Shown here piece by piece: positions 18,696-29,400 of a stretch of 64,000 nt of DNA; the first letter of the stretch is position 1; the number at the start of each line of letters is the position of its first letter. The DNA is from Ostreococcus lucimarinus (taxonomy: Eukaryota). The stretch lies in assembly GCA_000092065.1 (NCBI GenBank), contig CP000594.1. One strand, given 5' to 3'. The translations under genes were made by a program, and so were the position numbers. The notes under the pieces were generated by a model, which ran no database searches, was not told the origin of the DNA, and saw only the letters and a list, made by a program, of their open reading frames with translations.

Positions 18696-19693
18696 TTAAC
18701 TCCCCGTGCTTGCCTCGTCCAAATTGGCATCGCCCATGCGCCGTCGAAGCGAAGACGTGTCATCTCCCGAACCACTGAGCGCCTTTAGCGCGCCCTCTAC
18801 GCCACGAAGCGCGCTGTAAAGAAGGTCTTGGGCGCCAACTTTGTTGTACCAATCTTGGAAGCTTTTGCACGCACAAAATTGCTTCTCAGGTCCCCATTCA
18901 GGCTGCCACTTTGGTACGTTACACTGACCATAACCATCATAGTTAACGTATCCATCAACGCTGAGGTTACTGCCATCGCAGCCAATGACACCCACAGGAT
19001 GAACAATGAAGCTACTTGAGCCACTTCGGTGGCCAACATACTGGGGTGGACATGACCCATAATTCCCACGATAATTCCACAGTGTGAGCCTCTGTTGTTC
19101 CATTTTCGCCTCGTAGCTGCGCAACGCATCGCTCAACTCCTCGAGGTTGCGTTCCAAAGATACACTAGTCCTTTTTCTTTTGTGTTGCTGGAGTTGTTCA
19201 GAGGCGTGTTCTTTTATGTCGGCAATTTTATCGGGCAAGCCTTTCAAATCTGCGATAACCGCATCCACATCGGCGCACATCGCGTTCAATGAATTGTCTT
19301 TCTCTTTTAATTTCGCACGAGTGTCCTCGATGTGCTGCGGGATAACCGACCGTCGCGTTTCGGAGATATTCTCGTCTTGTAGCTGCGCTTCCAGAACTCG
19401 GATATCTTTATCGATGCGCTCTACGGTGCGAAGATAACTCGCCCGTAAGAGGCGCTTGAACTCCTCGAGGCCGTCGGGCGTCGGTTTGTCATACTCGTCT
19501 CGTGATCTGGCGAATTTCTCGTAGCATGGGTCCTTGAAGAATGGCTTGTTCTTGTACGAGCGCTCGAGATCATCCTCCGCTGTTTTGACCGCCTCTGACT
19601 CCGCCGTGCCGTTCATCCAGTCCGGTTGCAGCGACGGGTCTAATGAGTTCGTTCTCCATGTCGGTGAGGCGTGCGCGACTGAATCGGTCATCG
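18696..19693 (-). CDS. Hypothetical protein with a coiled-coil N-terminal half and a Cys-containing C-terminal half
   Basis: ORF 18696..19769 starts inside the conserved upstream box via TTG. The first ATG, 'MTDSVAHASP', is at 19693, about 60 bp downstream of the 27-bp box, the same spacing as gene 36586. Confidence 0.4.
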
Positions 19694-19719
19694 CGTGCGT
19701 CGATGAGTGGCGCCGACAC

Positions 19720-19749
<30 letters not shown>

Positions 19750-19751
<2 letters not shown>

Positions 19752-19753
19752 GC

Positions 19754-19786
<33 letters not shown>

Positions 19787-20125
19787 TTGTCGATTTTTAA
19801 CACGTTTACAGTGGAACCTCTGCGGTTTTTGACGCCTAAACCCTAATTTCTAAACCCTAATGTGTAAATACGAGTACGACGTTTCATTAACCCATACGAG
19901 TACCCCCGAACGACGAGTCGTGACTCATACGGTAAAAATATCACGTCCCGCCGGTCCGGTCCCCATATACTATGGAATTTATGCTATTCAGCCCGCGCAA
20001 ACAGTCGGGTAGATTACTGTACAGTAATCTACCCGTATCTTACTGTACAGTAATCTGTGCGCGGAATCAGTAATCTGTACCCGGAATGACGCGGGATGTG
20101 GCGTAATCTATACCCGACATCCCGT
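19750..20125 (-). promoter_or_regulatory. Conserved upstream module (copy 2), with telo-box-like AAACCCTAA x3, a perfect 18-bp palindrome GATTACTGTACAGTAATC and the 27-bp terminal box
   Basis: Read directly. The palindrome is at 20012..20029 with a second 14-bp palindrome at 20040..20053. 'ctaaaccctaatttctaaaccctaa' is at 19846..19868. Confidence 0.55.
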
Positions 20126-20437
20126 GTTCTGTACACTGTGGGGCTTCAGGCCGCCGAGTATGATTAAGCCTATTTTGCATCACAATTGTCGGTCTACTCT
20201 TAACATTTGGCGGACTCGCGTTACATGCTATTCTGATCGAGTGGAATTTTCCATAGTTATTGTCCGTATGTTGAACGGCCCTCTCTTAAGATTGGGTGCG
20301 CATCTGAAGCGAGGCTTCCAGGATCTGAACAGTCGTGTACAGGTGGTTCGGTTAACGGCGTCTTCTGTACCCTCAGGTGGCGAACTTCATCTCCAAGATA
20401 TCAGGTTTTTGTGCCAAAACACACTCACTTCTTCGAC

Positions 20438-23400
20438 TCAACGGCTTGATTCCAAGGTCGAGCCGTAATCATACGCTCGCGAGCCTACGAACACCGCATC
20501 GCACTCGTTTATTGGCGCGCGTCGCGACTTACGACGTACAATCGCCACAAACGCAACAAAGGTAAACATCGCAAGGTACAGAGTTAATGTGAAGGGTCGA
20601 GGCGCCCCCAATCTGGCTCTCGACTGTTGCACGGCGTTACATTCGCACAGTTCCAATGCCTTGCTTCGTTGCTCGGCATTTTTCCAGTTACGCGTGAAGC
20701 TGACATTAAAGTTTGCGACTCCACGAAACATTTCGTCGACGTTCGCGTCAGCGCTCAATACCCACGAATTCAGATCTTGATTGAAACTTTTGGCGAAAGC
20801 AAACATCCGATGAAAGCTCTTGACGTTGGAGACGTTCCAATCGCTTAGGTTTTGATTGAAATTTCGATTGTACGCGAACATTTCTGACATGTCCGTAGCA
20901 GACGCCGTGTTCCACGCACTGATGATGGTCGCCGCCGTCGATCCAACGCCATTCAGACTATCGTAATGTGTTTGAAATAGACTTCTGAAATTCCTCACCT
21001 CACTTGTATCCACCATGTTTAGAGGCCCAAATCTACAACAGTAGCTGTACTTCGAGAAATTCGACCCCATGCAGTTACTCCGAGCTGACTCTTGGCTTCG
21101 GCAGGAGCGTATCACTTGGTATAAACTCGAACGATCGCCACGAAGTGGTGATAAACCTTGCGCCGTACCAGAATACGCAAAGAGATCTATAAACTGTTGA
21201 TGATCGCTTCGGTGAGTATTGACTTGTTTTTCCTTGATATTTTCGGCAAATGACGGCGAACGATAGCTTGGATTCAGAAAGTAGGTGGAATGGAACATCC
21301 CGTAAGCGGTCGTAACCGAGGAAACATCCCACGTCCACTTTCGCAAATCGCGCGAGAATGCGCGCGCGCCATTGAACATGTATTGCATGTTCTGAACTTT
21401 TTTCACGTTCCATGACGACAAATCCTGATCAAAACTTGTCGCATATTGAAACATTTTCACCATCGTCCCGACTTGCGCGACATTCCAAGATCCGATTGAC
21501 GCGTTGAAGTCTCTCCGATTTTGGAAAAGTTCATTCATGTTCGTTACCCTACTGACATCCCACGTCTCCATGGTCCCAAACTGTAAGTCTCGACACATAC
21601 CTCCGACGGGATCGACTTCCAAACATTTATCTATGATATCATCGATGTTGTCGTTATCGATGTGCTCCATAACTTTGGTTTCAGCGATTTTCGGTTTCCA
21701 ATTGCACGGGGGGCCATGTCTCATGTTCGACTTGCTGATTGAGACGAGTTTGAAATCGAACGAGCTCCGTCTGCCTCTTGCATAGTGACTGAACCATTTG
21801 GTAACGCGAACTTCGTCCTTCAATGCGTACTTCACCTTCCACGCGGCGGCGTTCAGGAACATGTCACCCACGATTGGCTGCAGAACGGTCGATTGCGACG
21901 TTGCGTGCTGGGCGAGACAAACGTACTCGCCTCGAACGGCAGCTTCGCCGCGGCCCCAATTTGTAATGTCGGCATCAAACATCCAAGCGTCGTCAAACAT
22001 TTTATAAAAGTCTGTGACTGATCTCACGTTCCAATCCCCCAAGTCTCCGTTAAATTTATAGGCGTTGGAAAACATCTGGTTCATGTCTTCAACCTGGGCG
22101 ACGTTCCAAAGTTTCAAAGAGCCCCGGAATCGACGCGCGCCGTAGAACATGCGGAACATACTCGTGACTGAAGCAACGTTCCAGTTTTCGATATTGCCAT
22201 TGAAGTCGCGTGCGCCCGAGAAGGCTTCAGACATATCGAACACACCTGAAGTATTCCAGGTTGACATCGCGCCATACTTGGAGTCGACGCAAGCGCCATC
22301 AGTGGGATGTGTCTCCAAACATTTGCCGACGGCGTACAAGAAATTACCTTGATGTACTTCGGCGAAGGTTGATGAATTCGTTGAGTTCTTGCTCGTTGTA
22401 GGCACGGTGCACTTAGCTGGCGAAGCACGATTTGGTTTCTTCGCCAACCCAACACAGTCGACATCACCATATATGGCGTGGCGACCATATTTCCCGTCTT
22501 TGTCGCGCCCCCACTTGTAGCCAATTTTCGTATTGTATTCCAGGCAAGTGCGCGGCTTGCAGGTCCACTTCGACACGGGACCAGAGAGAGACCACGTTCT
22601 TCTACGTTCGTGGCCTTCGCGCGTGCATGCCTCAAGCCAGGCCGTCGCAAGACCAAACATATTGGCACTCCCCAACCTGTCCAGACTCGCGGAATCCCAC
22701 TTGGAGATATCTTGCGCAAACTTCGACGCGCCGTAAAACATCCCCTCCATATTGTACACGTTGCGTACGTCCCAATTGCCAATGTCTTGATTGAAACTCG
22801 AAGCGCCTTGAAACATGCGCAACATAAATGTTACGGAACTCACATCCCAAGCAGATATATCGCCATCGAACTGGTCTCTGCCCTTAAATGCCTCGCGCAT
22901 GTCGGTGACTCGGCTTACGTCCCAGCCAGACATACATCCGTGTCTAAATCCAGAGCAGTCTCCGTACTTTGGGTCTTCACTCAAGCATTCTTCAATCGCA
23001 TCATAGAAGACAGCATTTTCAATGTTTACGTGCTTTCGTTTCCAAACAATCGGTGGTCCATCACTTTTCCCTCCGACGGCGAGAGGATCGCGATAAAACT
23101 CCATTTGAAACTCCGTGATGCCGTCGAACATCTTCGTCGAAACTTCCAACGAAGCCGTCGACCAAGAAGTGACATCAGGAAAGTCTGGGACCACTACTCT
23201 GGAAAACATCTCGCGCATGTTTTTCACTTTTCGCACATTCCAGTGCGATATCTCTGATGGGATCTTTCCAAAGCGAACGCCCTTGAACATCATTTCCATA
23301 CTTGTAGCCGAACTCGTGTCCCATGAAGCAAATCCTGAAGGCAAGCGGGTAGTGCGATATCGCGATGAAAACATGCTCCTAAAGTTCGTTATACCAATGG

Positions 23401-26400
23401 TGCGCATGTTGGATACATCGCAGGTCGTCGACACGGGTGAATTCAAACCAGAAAACATGGAATCAGCATCGACGTTTGATCCGAAACTCCATGAGATGTT
23501 GACATCCGTGCACTCAGAACCCTTCATCATTGCCTTGATATCATTGGCAGAGTCTAGTTTCCACGCGCTCGCTTGACGAAGAATGGGTGGTTTTGAGAAA
23601 GCAAACGCGGATTGCATCTTCTGAACTCGTTTAGGATCCCATTTGCCAAGACCGTCGATGGCGTCGTGACCAATCCGAGCAAATGCAAGCTCCATGCTCT
23701 TCACATTCCTCACGTCCCAAGAACCAATATCGCCGATGCGTCCTTGATTTGTCATTTTGAAGAATATTCCGTCCATGTTGGTGACCGAGGAGACATCCCA
23801 ATGTTTGAACATATTGTGCCAATCACGCCCCAGACCACTGAAGGTGAACCGCATGCTCCGCACGCTACTTACATTCCACGCACCCAAGTTACCAAAAGTC
23901 GCTCCCGGTAGAATGACCACAGTGCGTGGAACATCTAATCTGAAACGCGTTTCGGAATGCGAAGATGCCTTCCATTCTCCCGTATCATTGAAATACCGTT
24001 CTCCATATCTGAAAATGTGGTAATTATAGCGCTGCATGAACATTGCATCCATGTTCACGACTGAACTCGTGTTCCACTGTGACAAGTCGCCCACGTCGCC
24101 TTCAAAATCCTCAAACATCGCACCCATGTCCGTCACGGAGCTCACGTCCCATCTCGACAGGTCACGTGAAAAGTTGGGCGCGTCCTTGTATGCAGCACCA
24201 AACTCTCCAGGGCTTGCTTGAAAGAATTTCCATCGCAAACATACGTAGCCGAACGTTCGGTAATGTCCCGGAAACGCGGCTTGGTCAAACTGAAAGTGGT
24301 TAACAGTACCAATTTTGAACGCGTACGACATGTCGGTTACTCGCGAGACATCCCATTCTGACATCGGCCCGTATCTCAATTCGCATGTCGTTAAATTCTT
24401 TCTGCATGCGATGATCGCGGTATAGAAATCATCATCTGTACGAGTCAAGTTGAGTGGTTTGGATACCAGAGCGCTCAAAAGTCGGCGTCCAAGTGGAAGC
24501 CGAACAGGATCGTCGATACTTTTACCCAAACGTGCGCTGACGCTCATCGCCGGCGACTTGGCGGAGGTGAGCTCCTCTTCGAGCCTTCGCAGCTTGGCCC
24601 GCAAACCTACAAGCCCTCGGTTCCTCGGATTGCGAGCCTCGATCCGCGCAATTTTTGTGCGGAGCTTTGTCATTTCCGGCGTCGGGCTCGGTGGCGGCGG
24701 GCTCGGACTTGTCGACGGCGTGTCGCCGAAGAGCTCCTCTTCGAGCCTTCGCAGCTTGGCCCGCAAACCTACAAGCCCTCGGTTCCTCGGATTGCGAGCC
24801 TCGATCCGCGCAATTTTTGTGCGAAGCTTTGTCATTTCCGGCGTCGGGCTCGGTGGCGGCGGGCTCGGACTTGTCGACGGCGTGTCGCCGAAGAGCTCCT
24901 CTTCGAGCCTTCGCAGCTTGGCCCGCAAACCTACAAGCCCTCGGTTCCTCGGATTGCGAGCCTCGATCCGCGCAATTTTTGTGCGGAGGTTTGTCATTTC
25001 CGGCGTCGGGCTCGGTGGCGGCGGGCTCGGACTTGGTGTAGTCGTCAGATAATCGATCGATGAGCTCGGCGATTGACTCGGACTCGGCGAGCTCTTCTCT
25101 TCGTCAGCGTCCTCCTCTTCGTCAGCATGTTCGACTTCGTCTTTGTCTGCCTCTTCGTCCTCCTCTTCGTCTGCATTGTAAGGCGATGGACTCGGACTCG
25201 GCGAGCTCTTCTCTTCGTCAGCGTCCTCCTCTTCGTCAGCATGTTCGACTTCGTCTTTGTCTGCCTCTTCGTCCTCCTCTTCGTCTGCATTGTAAGGCGA
25301 TGGACTCGGACTCGGCGAGCTCTTCTCTTCGTCAGCGTCCTCCTCTTCGTCAGCATCTTCGACTTCGTCTTTGTCTGCCTCTTCGTCCTCCTCTTCATCT
25401 GCATTGTAAGGCGATGGACTCGGACTCGGCGAGCTCTTCTCTTCGTCAGCGTCCTCCTCTTCGTCAGCATGTTCGACTTCGTCTTTGTCTGCCTCTTCGT
25501 CCTCCTCTTCGTCAGCATTGTAAGGCGATGGACTCGGACTCGGCGAGCTCTTCTCTTCGTCAGCGTCCTCCTCTTCGTCAGCATGTTCGACTTCGTCTTT
25601 GTCTACCTCTTCGTCCTCCTCTTCGTCAGCATTGTAAGGCGATGGACTCGGACTCGGCGCACTTGCTTGTGCGTCGATACCTGTATATTCTGGTTCATCG
25701 GATGGCGTGTAGTTCTGAAATGGTTCATACGAATCTGTGGTTGTATTCGTTTTACTCGACGCAGCACGATGACCGATGGTATCCGCGTCGACCTCAAAAC
25801 TAAAATTGCCATTAAGACGGAAACTGGACTCCTTAGAGTCAAGAATTGCTTGGTCGTCGTCACTCACGGATACTTTATCGAGAATTTTGAGCGAATGTAT
25901 CGTTGGTAGCGGAGCACCTAGTACACTGCGGCGTACGTCATGAAGACGATCGCGAGTGGACAGCAAACGACGGTGACTTGGGCTCGTGGCAGTACACATC
26001 TTGAACAGTTTCTCGTCGTGCAATGACGAATATAGTACCTTTTTGCTTCGGGCGAGCACATCAAAGCTTGAAGTAAGTAGCGCGTCTAAATGACTCGGTA
26101 TACCAACGCCCCTCACGGACGTTAACAATTCAAACGAAGAAGCTCGTGGCGGTAAACTTTTCAGCTTTTCACGCCTCGCCCACGGGAGAGGCTTGGCAAG
26201 GTCTACCATTTCTTCCTCACCGTCTTCATTTTCGCATTTCCCATCGTCGTCGTAGACGCACATTTGACAGGTTGTCTCGTTGATGCTTGCTACATACTTG
26301 AGCGGTAGTTCGGGCAGTACAATATTCTGTAAAAAGCCAGTCACGTTTCCCACGATACTCAAACCCTGCTCTGAATCGGGATATTTCCCCCAGAAATTGA

Positions 26401-29400
26401 GCACCGGTTTGACGTGAAGATCCAGAAGGGTCCCGAATCGACTCTTCACATCACGCGCACCGTGGAAATTACTCTTTGATCGGTTCACCATGGCGTACAA
26501 AGGCCGAAGCGCATCTGTTGGCTCGACAAGTCGAGTTTCACATTCACCCCATGCCGCGCGAATCAAATCTTCGTACACATACGTCACATCCGATGTGTTG
26601 AACCATTGGCGTTTGCAATTATGATTCAGCGTGTGCAGCATCCATTTTCGCGCTTCGATATCGCAGAACGGCCGAGTAACTTGAATGACATCCTCCATGA
26701 GAATTTTGTGTATCTCTGGGTCCTCTTTGCATTTTAATGTCATAGATACTGAGCGTATCATCTTGTAGAATGTGCTCGGGTAATACATCGCGTGTGGGCG
26801 AAATACGGCGTACACACGCTTGATGAGGGTTTGATTCGTGATTGACGCCACGTCGATGTGGTTAATGAGCGTCTCCCAAGCCTCGATGTTGTGTGGATTC
26901 GATTCTAACGCTGAGAGTAAAATCGCACCGACGCGATCGACAACTTGAGCGCCAGCATCCATGTACACGTTCTGGAACAAAAGCATCGCCAAGCGCGTCT
27001 CAACGTACGAATCCAACCCTTTGCTTACCGCTCTTGAAAGTGCACGGACATGGTCGACGGAAACGATGGCATTCTTCTTCACACCTGGCGCGTTACGATG
27101 TTCCAAAATACTCAACGTCGTTCTCGCAAACGTCGAGTTGGTGGGCCAATGCAGTGGTACCGTACGCCACAAGCGCGAGAGTTCATCAAATTTAAAGCTA
27201 ATACCTCCAGGAATGGCTCCCCTCTTTTTGGAAACTTTCGTCGGGATCCCGAGACATGTTTGCATACCGATGGACAGATAAGCGATCATCGCGGCGTCAC
27301 CGCCGTCTTGAGCGATCCGTGGAAGAGAATTCGGGTGCCAGTTTGACGCCTTGCATAGAGTTTCCGCGCGTTCGGTGACGTTTGCGTGATTCAACCTCAA
27401 CCAAGTTGTATTGAGATTCCTTCTGCTGGCAATGTGCATGCATTCACTCGTTGGAAAGTGCGCACCAGCGTGCATGGCTACGACTGGCCACGGAATTCGA
27501 CCAAAATTCATCGCTCCGTTGACGTTTGCATTCAACGTGCTGTGCATGTAGTGAATTGCCTGGAGCGGACTCGGATTCAATTCTCGACTTCCTGGCATGG
27601 CCAATGTCCCATTTATGAGCTTCTTCCTGATTTCACAGACATCGCCGACTTCTTCATCCCGAGACTGATCCAAAAGCGTTGAAGTAGAGTCTGCGATGAA
27701 ATTCATATGACGATAATTGAAAGCTGTCGCAAGGATAGCATCGGATATGTTCGCGGCATCACCTCTAAAATAATTTGCCAAATATCGCACGTGATCCAAC
27801 GCTTTCATGTGCGTCGGCATCGTTAGACTATAAAGTGCTTTTCGAAACGAAACGCCTTGGCTTAACTTGGTGTGTTCTATCCATTCCCAAATAGGGTCGC
27901 TCTGCGGTATTCTCGTCAGCCGCTTGCTGAGACGCTCGTTGGATTCGAGAACTTGTTTTGAAAGCGCCTCACTCCAAGCACCCTTTGCATTTTGAACAGC
28001 AATCAAGAGCTCGTCTTGTGGAAACGCTGTGAGGAAACCACGACGCATAAATGTGTGCTCAGCAGAAATGTCCGAACGTGATAGAGAGGACAAATCAAAT
28101 TGAAGATGATGAATGAGCCGACACGTACCCGCGGCCGCAAACCCAATGAAGACGAATCCTGGGCACTTGGGCGTGTTCATACACAGAGAAGAGCACACAT
28201 CGACGGACACAGACACCGGCGACACTGGATAACTCGTCATCGTCATTTGCGGGAGGAGAACAAAATGAGTTGCAGCCGCTCGTCGCGCTGTGGTGTTCCA
28301 TGCGTGCGGTAAATCCATGATCGGTGTTGACCCTGAGACGCTGATTCTCGGCCGCGAGCCTTTAAACAGATTTGAGGAGCACCCTGTCTGTTGTTCCGAG
28401 GGTTTTGTCACGGGGTCGCAGACGACATCGCAATGCGCGTCTTCGTCATCCCTTCGAACACACTCTACGTCACGAATACGGATGCCGTTGATGCACGCGC
28501 CCCACGTAGTTTTCACGCGCCAGGACGCGCCTACACATCTGGGAATCTGAACATCGCAAGCGCCAGTTTCACCGCGTGTCCAACCATTCAAGCAGGTACA
28601 CTTGTAGTCGTAAGTCCAAGGTTTCGTGTCGTGATAATGTTTCTCACATGCGCCATTCGCGCACGACGTTGCGCCTCTTCTGGTTAAAGAGCAAGCTTGA
28701 GGAGGACACTCTTCACGCGTGTTGCAACTCCGAATACTTTCTGGCCTCGCGAGGGGACATAGAGCGCTTCTGGCGAGAGTCCCATTGGCATACGTACACG
28801 ATAACGATCTGACTTGAAAGGGCCGAGCGTCGTAGTCCAAAGTAGCACACTGTGCGCTGCACTCGCCATATGGCATACTGATCCAGTCAGCGTCGTCTCG
28901 TGGAGGCGGCGCGTAACATTCACGTTCGCGAAAATCTGTCATGATTACCCCGTCAGGTCGAGGGACAAAGCAACATCCATGATCTTCGCATACCAAAGCA
29001 CGAACTTCAGGGCTCGTGGAGCCCCGTCGATCATCGCTCTCGTAGCCAGCACACACCATTCTTCCGGAGTCTTGTCTACACTGCGCATCGCAATGGAAAT
29101 GATTACAGAATTCCTTTTCAGTAGGCTTTTCTGCGTGCGTACAGTGATCATCGGGCAGCGTTATATTTGTGCCTCTTTCGTCTTCGTGCGAGCACCAGAC
29201 CCTACGAATGCGCACTCCACCACCACACGATTTGGAACAAGAGGTAAAAGGGGAGGATTTCCAACGCACGAATTTGAGCTTTGTGAAGAAGCTTGACTGG
29301 ACGGAACTCACCACGAATTCGCGTAGGCCGTCGATCGTGACTGGGTGTTCGTACTCGACATTCGTGTACAACGTTGATCCAGATTCGCTCTCAATCGGCT

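Noticed and set aside
24450-25909. Regularly spaced direct repeats that could superficially suggest a CRISPR array, plus the antisense ORFs 24450..25052, 25060..25803 and 25073..25909
   Set aside because: The repeats are 114- and 162-bp in-frame coding units of the giant minus-strand gene, with no short spacers. The context is eukaryotic. The plus-strand ORFs are mirror artefacts of the repeats.
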